Shown: piece after piece, positions 11,003-22,385 of the stretch
Layout: the number at the start of each line of letters is the position of its first letter
How positions within the stretch are numbered: position 1 is the first letter of the stretch
Assembly: GCA_036172245.1 (NCBI GenBank)
Contig: JAYWIR010000053.1
Coordinates: 372,001 to 436,000 of the forward strand
Origin: Raillietiella orientalis
Lineage: Eukaryota
Direction of reading: 5' to 3'
Length of the DNA stretch: 64,000 nucleotides
Translations under genes and position numbers: made by a program
Notes under the pieces: model-generated
What the model saw: only the letters and a program-made list of their open reading frames with translations
Told to the model about the DNA's origin: nothing
The model's database searches: none

Positions 11003-14000
11003 TCACCGGGTTGGCCGCTGATGAGGGTGTGTAAACCGGAGGTGTATTGCGGCGAGATTCCTCTTTGTCTCCTCTGTCAAATGAGGCCATCTAGCGGATG
11101 CTCCCATGTAGAAGGATGCTTTGCTGATTACCTCTTGGTGCTGTCCGTTGATTACCAACGCCTGGCGGACGGAAACTATCGCGCGTATGCAACCGATGGT
11201 TGCAATCCTTGCGCTTAGTGACAGCCCGCTCGGCGTGAAGAATCGTCGCAGCAAGTCTCTTGCGGTGTCCACGAAATGCAATAGTGCTGTTGCCAGCCTA
11301 CGCCACAGTCCTTGTAGGACACCGCAGTCCAGAAGTAGGTGCGGAATCGACTCCGTCGATCCGCACCGAACGCAGTTCGCAGACGCAAGTCCCCCGGAGT
11401 CACGATGCCAACGCTCGTTGCACTGAAAACCCCAGTGAACGAAAAGCAGCACGGCTTGTTTCCAAGCAAGGGGGAGCAGCGAACTGTCCATACACTGTGG
11501 AGGGACTACAAGTTCTTCGGGGGTGACAGCAAGTTCTTCTGCCCACCGGAGGAGTTCCTTTGCAGTAACACGAGGAGTGGCGGCGTCCGCCAACTCACTT
11601 GTCTTCCAGGTGCCAAGGAGTTTGGTTCTTCCCGCTATCGTGCAGGAAACCTCCCACCTCGCCGGTTGGTAACTGTCGTTTTTTGCCCTGAGGGCAGACA
11701 GCGCTGCGGCAAGAGGCGTGGCAGCCAGGGTAGAAAACTTCACCTCGTCCTGCAGTACTTCTTCCAAGGATCGTGGAAAAAAATGGCGCAGGGGGCGAAG
11801 ATCTTCAGGGCGTATTCCTTGGAACGCCGCCCAGGATTCAACAGACTCCTGCCGCCAAGCTTCAAAGTTCATTGGGCGGCAGGAGATCCAAGAGTGTGCT
11901 TCCAGAAGTGCGGTCAACTGCCGCAATGGAAACCCGAACCCCCGCTTCCTGTATTGAGTGCCCGGCAAAAGCGAGAGAAATCCTCCGCTGCCGGCGCATC
12001 TCCGCAGGAGAATGCGAGCTGGCACACACAGGGGGGATGTCCATAGCTGGGCACACAGTGCCAGCAGTCGGAACTGCACCTGCAGTCCGATTCGCTCCAT
12101 TGTCAGGATACCCAAACCAGCATCCCGACGCGGAGCTGACAAATCTTTAAGGCGGATCCTGGATCTCGCCGGACCCCAGAGAGCGTTCCTGAGCAGGCGC
12201 TTAGCCCGCTGTTTTGCCGCATAGGGGGGTCCAAAACAAAAAACAGGGGACGGAGGAGGGGGGCCACAAAGGTGTTCCAAATAGTCGCCCGTTCCTGCAA
12301 GGTAAACTTGCCGTTAAAGAACGGGCTGATGGCCAACTCTGCTTTCTGAAGACAGTCCGCCCACGCTTCGGCTGCGCCGAAAGCGCCCAACGGAACGCCA
12401 AGGTACTTAAAGTACTCGCCCGTGGGGATCCCCAGGCGGATCCAGTCGGACTGCCCCTCCCACGACGTACCCACAGGAACGACCACGCTCTTCTCTCTGT
12501 TCACGCTCACGCCCGCTCCCCGACGAATCAGGTCGAAGAAATCCTCGACACTGGACGCCGGGGGGGACATGGGGAGCAGAAGAAGCAGGTCATCAGCGTA
12601 GGCGGCCACGGCAGGCGTTCCCGGGCAGGAGCTTGGCAAGTGAGACAGCGTCAGCCTGTATGCTCTTAGCACCAACTCAAAGAAGATGCTGAAGAGCAAC
12701 GGGCTTAAGCTGTCACCCTGTCGGATGCCCCTACGAACGGGAATACCATACACGCGGCAGCCGCTAAAAGTGATGCAGGTTAGCGCGTGGCGCCAGCACG
12801 CGCGCACATACAGCAGGAGTTGCGCCGGGAACCCAAGGCGTTCCATAAGCTCCAAAAGCAGCTTCTGGTTTACGCAGTCGAACGCCTTGTGGAGATCGAC
12901 CGCGACCGCCAAGGCACCTGGCGTTCCCTCCTGCCGTCGGCGCCTGTTCTTTTTGCCTGCGGCAGTGACTTTCGCAGCAGCTTGGCTTTGCTGCGCCACA
13001 ACTTCCTGCAGCTGCATCCATGTACGCGCGAAAAGGATGTTCGCCTCCATGGATCGTCCCGGAACCGCGTAGGTTTGTTCCGGGCTCACCACAGATTCCG
13101 CGATTCTTCCTAACCGCGCGACCCACAGCTTGGAAAACAACTTGACGTCCGAGTTCACCAAGGTGATCGGACGCCAGTTGTTAAGTTGGCGCAAGTCTCC
13201 GCCTTTCGGCAGGAGACGCACCTTCGCTGAGCGGAAGGAATCAGGGATATTCCCGGATTCACTCATCAGCGTCGCGAGTTTCAGCATCAAGGGAATGAGC
13301 TCCACTGCAAAGCACTGATAAAACTCTGCAGGGAGCCCATCCTCGCCTGGCGCCTTTCGTCTCTTCAGCCCAGCGATGGCGGACGAAAATTCATCCGCCG
13401 TGAAGGGCTCGTCGAGACGTTCGCGTTCCTCCTCGCCGACAACACGAACATCCTGAGACAGGAGTATCTCAGAAAGAATATCCTCCGTCGGGGATTCCGC
13501 GTAGAGCGAGGAGTAGTAGCGTCTCACAATGCGGCGTACTTCGGCTGGGGCCGAACATTCCTTGCCTTTGTCGTCCAACAGGCATGCTGCTCCGGACTGC
13601 CAGACCTGGCGCTCGGCCCTCGCCTTGTACTCTGCGAGACGCCCGACATCCGCACGTCTCGAAAACGTGCGGGCCTGCAGAAAGTCTCTACTGTTGGCCA
13701 CGCCCTCTCCGAAACCGCGTGGAAGCCGGTGCAAGGGGAATTGGCAGCAGAACTCGCGGACAGATCTTTTGAGATCGTCCCAGTCCGCAAGTTCTTGAAT
13801 GGCAAAGCCTCGGAGGTATCCACGTAGATGCTCCGCAGCCTCCGGTTGGCTAAGCCAATCCGCCTGCATCCTCCAGTTTTGCAACGGAGGCCCCCTGCCT
13901 GGCGGAAGGATCTCAAACTTCAACCTGTGGTGGTCAGAAAGCCTAGTCAACAATCTTCCTCTCCTGCCCACACGCGAATGCAGGTTTTCATCGAGGAAAA

Positions 14001-14595
14001 CGTGATCGAGCGATCTTTCCATTCCAGGTTCGCTGACCATCAAGTTGGCGGCGTGCACGGACGCGCACATCTCGATGGGCAGCGCGCGCTTCCTCGGGCG
14101 GCTCCAATCGTCGGAGAGCAGGCGGACGTTGAAGTCCCCAGCGACGAGGTGCGCCACTTGGAAACCGGAGTTGTTGAGCCAGTGGCTCTGCACCTCATCA
14201 AAGAAAGCTACTCTTTCTTCGAGGTAGCGAGAGCCACTCGGCGCGTAGACGTTCGTAACGACGAGATCGATGGACTCGGACCACTTGATGACAAGCTGGC
14301 CTATCCGTCCGTTGTCATCGAAACGAACACTACGCACCGCTTCCGCCATTTTTCCTCTTACGAGGAACGCGACCCCGCACGTGTGTGCGCCGCCGCACCG
14401 CCAATGTAGCGTTCCGCCAGCGCGCTCCTCGATTTCGGCTGCCTGCTCGTCGGAGATTACGTGAATCTCCTGCAGCAGCGCGAGGTCGAAGGGGCGCAGG
14501 GCGTTGGCTACTAATCGCCTCTTCTCGTCGTTCTGCAGTCCGTTCACGTTCCAACACGTTACGGACAGACGACGAGAAGACGCGATTCCCCGCAT
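11003..14595 (-). CDS. ORF2 protein (~1200 aa): APE endonuclease, RT, CCHC; single frameshift near 12230
   Basis: WNVNGL, QEIH, NVYAP, GDFN, LDH, SDH, QTYAVPGRS, KAFD, RQGDSLSP, YADD, CVRCGSTESIPHLLLDC; ORFs 12103-14595 and 11003-12280 join at a homopolymer-rich stretch. Confidence 0.9.
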
Positions 14596-16517
14596 TACTG
14601 CTGGGAAGGTGGCGGCTTTTTGCTCGCTTTATCCGGCGAGTAGACGGCGAGCAGCACGACTGGCAGGCGGGGACGGTCGCCACCGTCCTCTGTCGTGCTG
14701 CATGCATGTAATGCCTCCACGCCAGGCTGAACCCCGTCGGGTTTCGTGGAGACTTCGCGTTGCTTCGCGGCGAGCGTTGCCTGGCTGCCTACTTTTGATC
14801 GGCGCGCACACGCTTTCGAACGAGTTGTCCTCGTCTCGGTGATCGGAACGGCATCCATTTCGGAGTCCGACCGGCGCATGTTCGATCGGGTTTCGGCCTT
14901 CCGCGAAGCAGTGACAGGTTCTGCTGGATTGACAGCTGTCCTGTTGTCGTTTTCCGTCACCAGAGCATCGCTTTTGGTGACGGCTGCTTTCCCGGCGCGC
15001 GCGTTTTCAGCGTGCTCACGCGCAGCTGCACGAGGGACCTTTGCTGAAGTCTTCTTTACTTCATTACGGGTCCTCACTTCGCGTGGCGCCGTAAATGGAG
15101 ATTGTGCTCCATGGCCATCTTTGAAGCCATCCGCGTCTTTGGACGGGAGCACTTTCGATGGCTCCGACACGCTCGTCATGGACGCTGCTTTCGGAAGGGC
15201 TTTTAAGCCCTTCGTTGGCATGGCATCCGCGCCAGTCGAGAGCTTGCTCTCCGACTGCGACGGCGTGAGATTTTTCTCCGCTTTCGCGGTGTTGGATCGC
15301 GACGCGGATTTTTTTTTGCCGACTTTCGAAGTCGACACGGCACAAACCTTCTTACCCGATTTGGGCTTCTCAGCCACTGCAGGAGGTGAAGGAATGGATC
15401 TGACGGTACTGGAAGTGTCCTTACCGCCGTTGTCCATTGACGTCCCCGCCGGTTGCTCGAACTCCGAGAGAGCCGGGCGTGCTTGGGAAGGACAGCTATT
15501 GCGCCTAGGGGGACTTACCATTGCCCCGGATTCCCCGCACCCTTTCTTTTGCGGCTCCCCCGCCGCGAGAGGGGGTGCGCAGGGCTTCGCGTGCGAGGTT
15601 TCCTGCTGCTTTGGGGCGACATTCCGCCTCGCGTTTTTACCGAATTTCTGCCGTGGGGTCTCCAGGTTTTTCGCAGATTTTTTCTTTTTATCCGCGCTTT
15701 GTTTTTTAAAATGGAGCTCCGCGGCTGCCTTTTTTCGCAAAAGATCCGGGCAATTTTTTAATTGGTGCCCGGATAGTTTGCAATAACGGCATTTTGCAGA
15801 GGGGCATTTATCCAAACAATGCCCCTCCTTCCCGCATTGCTCGCACGTTTTTACTTTGCCCACGAACCACAGGTGAACGACCGTGTCTTTCACCTGCAGT
15901 TTGGTGGGCAGCAGACGGCGGTCCGGCATTGTAAGCCGGACTCCAGCGACTCCGCTGTGTATGGACGGGAAGTCCTTGAGGCTGCTACGCACCCTCCATA
16001 GCGCATGGACCGTGGCGAATTTCGCCAACGCGTTCCGAATATCAGTATCGGAGATTTCCGACTCGATGTCGAAAATCTCCACCACAAATGAGTCGTCCAT
16101 GGCGGTCGGGAAGACCTTCTGGCCACGGATCGACAACGGGGTGCGCAGCAAGCGTTGCACAAGTGCAGCGTCTTTGCAACGCACCTTGAAATAGCCCATG
16201 TCTTTTAAGGGCATAATGGCGAGAAGGTCCTCCTCCCGCACGCCAACACGGGTCAGTTCATCGTTGAACTGATTCCCGTCGCGCGCAGAAAGAAAACCAC
16301 TCACCTTATATCGGAGAGCAGGTCTATAGCCTTGGGCTACGTATGCCCGCAACTCCGACTCGTCGAGAGGTTTCCCTTTGACGGCTGCTGTGGCAGCAAC
16401 GTCAGCAAAACTCCTCTCCATTGGCGAGAAAGACGAAGTGGAGGCGGCCGTCGGTTCCGCGATTGCAGATCCAGATGCTGTTCCTCCAACTTCAGTAGCT
16501 TCAAGTTGGGTCGACAT
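14595..16517 (-). CDS. ORF1 protein (640 aa), two CCHC zinc knuckles and long low-complexity C-terminus
   Basis: Open frame from ATG 16517; CEQCGKEGHCLDKC and CRYCKLSGHQLKNC. Confidence 0.9.
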   Translation of the reverse strand: MSTQLEATEVGGTASGSAIAEPTAASTSSFSPMERSFADVAATAAVKGKPLDESELRAYVAQGYRPALRYKVSGFLSARDGNQFNDELTRVGVREEDLLAIMPLKDMGYFKVRCKDAALVQRLLRTPLSIRGQKVFPTAMDDSFVVEIFDIESEISDTDIRNALAKFATVHALWRVRSSLKDFPSIHSGVAGVRLTMPDRRLLPTKLQVKDTVVHLWFVGKVKTCEQCGKEGHCLDKCPSAKCRYCKLSGHQLKNCPDLLRKKAAAELHFKKQSADKKKKSAKNLETPRQKFGKNARRNVAPKQQETSHAKPCAPPLAAGEPQKKGCGESGAMVSPPRRNSCPSQARPALSEFEQPAGTSMDNGGKDTSSTVRSIPSPPAVAEKPKSGKKVCAVSTSKVGKKKSASRSNTAKAEKNLTPSQSESKLSTGADAMPTKGLKALPKAASMTSVSEPSKVLPSKDADGFKDGHGAQSPFTAPREVRTRNEVKKTSAKVPRAAAREHAENARAGKAAVTKSDALVTENDNRTAVNPAEPVTASRKAETRSNMRRSDSEMDAVPITETRTTRSKACARRSKVGSQATLAAKQREVSTKPDGVQPGVEALHACSTTEDGGDRPRLPVVLLAVYSPDKASKKPPPSQQ

Positions 16518-16595
16518 CGTCGTCAAAATGTACGACGCCAAGATGAAGCGGATGAAAGCACGGAGACGAGAGCGAAGAAAAACACGTCCGCACTC

Positions 16596-18905
16596 GATTG
16601 AAATCTCCCGCTATCAGGTGAGCCTTCCGCACGCTCGTGTTCGCCAGCCAGTCGCGCTTCAGGGATTCAAGCAGCCTGGTACGGTTGCTGTATCCCTTTT
16701 GACCGGTTGGGGCGTACACATTCGTAACGATCAGATCGATCGAGTCGGACCAGCCGAGAGTCAGCTGACCGACCCGACCGTCGTCATCGAAGCGCACGCC
16801 CTTCACGGCAGCGTCGATGGCCGGCTTCACGAAGAACGCGACCCCGCAGGTGTTGCGGATGCCGCATTGCCAGTACAGCCGACCCCCCGCGATCGTCTCG
16901 ATCTCCTGGACGTCTGCCGCGGTGATCACGTGGATCTCCTGCAACAGGGCCAGGTCGAACTCCCGCAGGGTGTCAGCTGTATCTCGCCTGTTACCGTCGT
17001 CGCGCAGCCCGTTGACATTCCAACAGGCCGCGCGAATCCGACGGCGACTGGCGAGCCCAGGTGTTACTCCTGGGAAGATGGCAGTGCGGCGTCCGCCACC
17101 TGCTGGGGCGGGACGCTAGGTGTAGCAGGGGGGTCAGGTGCTGAAAGCACCTGGTCCCCCTCCTCCATCGGTGCCGGCGCGTCGGCCGGATCACCCGCAG
17201 GTGGAGTCGCGCCTACCTGTTCGCCCTCCTCCATGGGGGCGGGCTGTTCAGGGTCGGCGCCTGCAGGGGGGACTTCACCCCCCTGTTCACCCTCCTCCAT
17301 GGGGGTGGCCGCATCGACGGCTTCCGAGCGTGGGAATTCCTCCTCCGAATTTCCCACGCTGGCGACGGCTTCCGTCTTCTCCTCCTCGCTGGTGGAGGGG
17401 AGGCGCCTCCTGGGCTTCTGGGACTTGCGTCCCGACTTCCTGGGGGGTGCCTCCGAGGAGGAGGATGTGCTTCCGGCCCCCAGGTCTAACTCACCTGTGG
17501 GGGCCTTCTTCGCCGGAGCCGGCCTTCGCACGGCCTTGCGCGAGGGGTTCTCACGCTCGGCCAGCGTGACCGCGAGCTCCTCCGCCGCCTGCGCGAACGC
17601 GGCGTCCGCGGCTTCGACCGCCGCTATGTCGCGCGGCTCACCCTCTGTGTAAACAGAGGGTTCGCCTTCGCGAGCCTCGGGCGCAGCGGAAACGGCAAGG
17701 GGAGGATCGACGCTCCGGGTGGCAATCTCGGGAACGACGATTCGTTCGAGTGCCACCGTGCACTCGCGCAGAGTTTTCGAGCGGGGACCGGGTTTTTTCG
17801 GCTTTCCGGCCGTCTTGCGCTCTTTGCTCTCCGCGGGTGGGAGTTTCCTTGGTTTTCTGGCCTCTACAAGCTGCCATCCCTCTTCGCCTTCCACCGTTTC
17901 AGAAGGTTTATCCTCCGGCTTACGCGCCGGAGGTTGAGGTGTTGGCAGCTTGTGTTGGCCCTTTTCCACTCTAGGTCTAGAGACCTTTGAAGCGCGTTTC
18001 CCCTGCGCTTTTTTCGCGGCAGGGGGAACCGGGGTGGGGCGTTTTGGGCACACGCGCCGAACGTGGCCCCGCTCCCCGCACAAATGGCATTGTATATTGG
18101 GACACCTTTTACGTAGGTGTCCCACGGTATCACAATGCCCGCAATACCGGGGCTTCCCTACATACCACAGGTCGACGTTTTCTTGCGCCACCTGTAGTTT
18201 GTGGGGAAGCCCACAATTCTCCCGTACGGTCACCCGCGCTGCAGCCTGCCCACCAAAAAGGCTATCGAAGCCGTCAAAAATGGAGGGTTTCGGCCACAGT
18301 GCGTGCACCTCACCGTACTTTCTTAATTCCTCACCAACCGCTGACCGCGTCATGCGGCTGGTGATGCCAGTCATGTGGACCACCACGGAGCGGTCCATAG
18401 ATACTGGCAGGATCTTGCGGCCGTCTACGTTCAGCGGCGCATGGATTAGGCGGTGAGCCAAGGTGACATCTTTGCAGACCACCTCGACCCGCTGCCCGCC
18501 GCTGAGGACGGAGAGGCCGTCCAGATCCTTCTCTGCAACATTCGCGTCCTTCAACGCTTTGCTGAATTCGCGCGCTGTCCGGCCGTCGAACAAGTGGCCT
18601 ACCTGGTAGACAAGCGATGGCTTGTACCCGGAGGCCTTGTATGCGGCCATCTCCGCCATGGCTTCTGCGCTGGACGCGGCCACCATGGCGCTCCATGTCC
18701 TCGGCGTGGCCGGGGATGATTCCGGGGCGGCTGCCCCTGCTCCAGTAGGCTGTGGGGGCGAACTAGCCTCCCCCACTCCCACCTCCATCGCGGTGTCCTC
18801 TGGCGTCGTGGCCATTGGACACCGACGATGTACACAAAACACCACACAGAAGAAAAAGCGCTTTCCTACTACTCTTGAAGAGTGAAGGAAAAACACGTCC
18901 TCCAA
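16596..18905 (-). mobile_element. LINE lineage E, 5' end, intact ORF1 and first half of endonuclease up to GDFN
   Basis: GGACGTGTTTTT at 18889-18900; CWNVNGL, QEIH, NVYAP, HLIAGDFN. Confidence 0.94.
17064..18815 (-). CDS. ORF1 protein (583 aa), two CCHC knuckles and three acidic PMEEG repeats
   Basis: Open frame from ATG 18815; CGHCDTVGHLRKRC, CHLCGERGHVRRVC. Confidence 0.9.
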   Translation of the reverse strand: MATTPEDTAMEVGVGEASSPPQPTGAGAAAPESSPATPRTWSAMVAASSAEAMAEMAAYKASGYKPSLVYQVGHLFDGRTAREFSKALKDANVAEKDLDGLSVLSGGQRVEVVCKDVTLAHRLIHAPLNVDGRKILPVSMDRSVVVHMTGITSRMTRSAVGEELRKYGEVHALWPKPSIFDGFDSLFGGQAAARVTVRENCGLPHKLQVAQENVDLWYVGKPRYCGHCDTVGHLRKRCPNIQCHLCGERGHVRRVCPKRPTPVPPAAKKAQGKRASKVSRPRVEKGQHKLPTPQPPARKPEDKPSETVEGEEGWQLVEARKPRKLPPAESKERKTAGKPKKPGPRSKTLRECTVALERIVVPEIATRSVDPPLAVSAAPEAREGEPSVYTEGEPRDIAAVEAADAAFAQAAEELAVTLAERENPSRKAVRRPAPAKKAPTGELDLGAGSTSSSSEAPPRKSGRKSQKPRRRLPSTSEEEKTEAVASVGNSEEEFPRSEAVDAATPMEEGEQGGEVPPAGADPEQPAPMEEGEQVGATPPAGDPADAPAPMEEGDQVLSAPDPPATPSVPPQQVADAALPSSQE

Positions 18906-20306
18906 CTGGCCTTGGAGGGTTCTGGCTGCAACGAAGCTGACAGCTCCTCCGCTGCTCGCGCGAAGGCTACGTCATCGATGGTGGTGTCGATGACGGACGC
19001 CGCCGCCGTCTCGCTCCCCTCGCTGTTGACTGTGTCAACAGAGGGGAGGTCGTCGGAAGCGGCGAGTTCTTTCCGGCAGCGTTCGGCAACATCGAGAGCG
19101 CGTTCGACAACGACGCTGCACTCTTTAATAATCGCGCTACCTTGCTCTTTCTTCTTCTGTTGGTAGGCGATTTTCTTTTCCATCCTCCTCTCCTTCTTTG
19201 ATTTTTTGGCCGTTCCCACTTGCCACCCAGTCTCCTGACCGGCTCCCTCAACTTTTTCGGCGTTGGTCGCCGGGGTCTCGGGTTCGGCCTGGGTCTTGGG
19301 CGCGGGTGGCACAGCCTTCGCGGCAGCTTTCGCCACCAGCCTTTTCTGCAGAAGCCGGGCGCGTTTTTTAAGGTTTCTCTTGGAAACCAACCGCACTGCT
19401 GCTTTAGGGCACACCTCCCTCGTGTGTCCCATGGTTCCGCATACTTGGCACTGCACATTGGGACACCTCTTTTCGAGGTGGCCCGACGTATTGCAGAAGC
19501 CACAGTATTTCGGCTTCCCCACATACCAGAGGTCGACGGTTTCGCCTTCGACCACCAGTTTGTGGGGAAGAGTGCAGCCCTCCCGAACGGTCACGCGCGC
19601 AGCAGTGAGGCCGTGTTGCAGCCCCGTGTAGTCCTCGAAAGGACTTACTTTCGTCCACTGCGCGTGGACCGTTCCGAACTGTTCCAAAGCGGCGCGAACC
19701 TGTTCTTTGCGCATTCGCGCGGTTACGCCTAACAGGTGGACCACCATGCTGCGGTCCGCCGTAGTGGGGAGGAGCCTGCGCGTCCCCATCACAACAGGGG
19801 TTTTAAGCAGTCGTTGGGCCAGCTCTGCATGTTTGCAGATGACCTCAACGTACTGACCCCCGCTGCGGATGGTCATAGCGCTAAGCTCCTCCTCTTTCAC
19901 ATCGAGAGCGCGCATGCCCTTCGAGAAGGCGCGCGCGCTCTCTAAAGAATATAAATTGCCTACCTTGTAGAACAATGAGGGGTTGTACCCCTCCTCTACA
20001 TAGTCCGACAATTCCGCCGCGGCTGCAGGCGATGGCGCCGACACAACGGCGCTCCACGCCCGCGCTGCAGCGGGGACCGATTCTGTGGGGGCGCATGCTT
20101 CCACCTCCATCGCCTCCGGGGGCGACGTTGTTGCCGCCCCCTGGCTCTCCATCGCCTCTGGGGGCGGCGTTGCCGATGCCTCCTGCCCATCCCTGGTGGT
20201 CGCGTCAGGCATCGCTGCCTGATCGACCACCGGACCACACGACGCTTGCACTGGGGGAGACTTCCTGGCACGAGGAGCACCGGGAAATCACGTCCACCCT
20301 GGAGCA
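18906..20306 (-). mobile_element. LINE lineage A (copy A'), 5' end plus open ORF1, truncated by E
   Basis: GTGGACGTGATTT at ~20285-20297; CGFCNTSGHLEKRC, CQVCGTMGHTREVC. Confidence 0.92.
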
Positions 20307-22385
20307 CGCAAGGCTTTCGATTGCGTAAATCAGGATCTCCTGCTGGAACTCCTTGGTCTCCCGGTGCACCTCGTGGCGTATTTGCGCGCTTGCTGGCGCC
20401 ACGCGCTCATTTCTATCTCTTTCAGCGGCTGCCACGTGTACGGCGTGCCGGTGCGGCGGGGCATCAGGCAGGGCGACAGGTTAAGCCCGTCGCTCTTCAG
20501 CATTTCCTTTGTGTTGGTGCTGAGGGCGTACAGGCTGACGCTGGCCAACCTGCCGAGCTTTTGAATAGGAACGCCGTCCGTGGCGGCCTATGCTGACGAC
20601 CTGCTTCTCCTCTTACCCATGACCACCCCGGCGTCCAGTCTCAAGGTTTTCTTCGAGCTGTTCCGCCGGGGAGCGGGCATGAGCGTAAACCGGAGCAAGA
20701 GCGTGGGCGTGGTCGTACCCATTGGTGCGGCGTGGGAGGGGCAGTCCGACTGGATCCTCCTGGGAATCCCGACCGCTTCGTCCACTTAATATCTGGGCGT
20801 TCCGCTGGGGAACATCAACCCAGTGCAAGTGTGGTCGGACTGCCTTCGGAAGGCTACGAGTGCGCTGAACCCGTTCCAGCATGGCAGGTTCCTCCTGTCG
20901 GAGCGGACCGTGATATGGAACACCTTCGTTGCCCCCCTCTTGCGCCTTCTGTTTTTTGTTTGCTCGCCCCGCTTCTCGACGAAGCTTCAGGCGCACAGCC
21001 TGTTGAGGAACGCTCTGTGGGCTCATGCGAGGTCCAGGATCCGCCTCAGAAACTTGGCGGCTCCGCGTCGGGGTGCTGGCTTAGGCATCCTGATGCTCGA
21101 GAGATTCGAGCTGCAGATGCAGCTTCGGATGTTGGCCCTGTGCGCCAACCTTTGGTCCACTCCGTGGTGCGCTCCTGCGCGCTTGCTCCTGCGGCGCTGC
21201 ACCGGCAGCGACGGACTTCTGTCGCTGCGTCCGCATACGGAGCGCCCCACGACAAGTTTCGGTTTCCCTTTGAAACCCCTCTAGCGGCTCCTGGCAGCCC
21301 AGGAATGGCTTTCCTGCCACCCAACGAACTTTCAAGCCTGTTGTCAGGAACCGCTGTATGGCTGGGCAAAGCACCAGGATGTTTCCCTCCTGGAACTCCG
21401 TTGCGTTCATCTCTTTTCGTACTGCAAGGTGGATGAGGTGTGCAGCAGCCAGGAGAAGTGGACCGGTTTGGCCCTCACCCCCCTCGCCGACGCACTGTCA
21501 GCCCTCAGAGCAAGAGATGACAGCTGCCAACCGGCGAGATGGGAGGTCGCCTGCACCATTGCAGGAACAACACGACCTATTGGCGGCTGGAGGACTTGCG
21601 AGCTCGCTGACGCCGCCACGCCTCGCCACATCTCGAAAAGACTCCTTCGGTGGAGTGAACACTTGAGTGTGCCTCCCGAAGAATTTCTGGTCCCTCCCTC
21701 CTGTTTGAACACTTCTGTGTTCCCCCTTTCGTGGAAGCAGGACGTCATCATGCTGGTGCATTGTGGTTTTCACTCCAACCAGCGGACGAACCTTGTTTCC
21801 GGAGGAGTTGTCTCCCCAAACTGTAAGCGGTACGAAGAAGTGGAAACGCTCCTGCACCTGCTACTGGACTGCGGTGCTCTCCTAGGACAGTGGCAGAGGC
21901 TGGCCTCAGCTCTCCTGCACCAGGAAGACGCCACAAGGGACTTGATGCGCCGCTTCTTCACGCCAGGCGGCCTGGTGCTGTCGTTGCAACCGTGTGTTGC
22001 ACCCGCGCCATCGACAAGGCTCACCGAGAGTTGGAGAAGCTGGCCATCGTTCGTCAGCCCACCGGATTAGCCAGCGCAAGCATGTCGTCGGCTGCCGAGT
22101 GGGCCCATCTTTCACAGGACGTAAGGAGAGAGATCGCCTTCATCCATCGCCGGTTTTGAAAGGAAGGAACGGACTTACCAAAGACCCCTGTCCCCTGCCC
22201 TCCATATTTTTATTTTTATTTTTTATGGTAGTGTATTTGTGGTCCTCTCCCTCCCGTTCCGGACTTCCAGCATACCGACCTGCGTGTCGGGGATCCCACC
22301 CCCTTCGTATCTTGTTTTCCCGTTTGTCCGGGAACTCTGTTCTCGGGTAGTTTGTAATAGACGCCCCGGCGCACCCGGGTGACAA
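20307..22385 (+). mobile_element. LINE lineage G, 3' half (RT from RKAFD to 3' terminus), disrupted
   Basis: RKAFDCVNQ, RQGDRLSP, AYADD, ETLLHLLLDC; terminus GCCCCGGCGCACCCGGGTGACAA at 22363-22385. Confidence 0.92.

Larger units (their letters stand above)
10690..16595 (-). mobile_element. Full-length Tx1/L1-like LINE, lineage F (5906 bp)
   Basis: 5' GAGTGCGGACGTGTTTT, ORF1, ORF2, 3' hairpin terminus, 9-bp TSD on both sides. Confidence 0.96.

Noticed and set aside
8746..14595. Bacterial RT systems (group II intron, retron, DGR) or CRISPR
   Set aside because: APE endonuclease, CCHC ORF1 and TSDs identify eukaryotic LINEs; no repeat-spacer array is present.
14746..17652. Long + strand ORFs (346 aa, 424 aa) and other antisense ORFs
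   Set aside because: Shadow frames of GC-rich LINE ORFs; one crosses an insertion junction.
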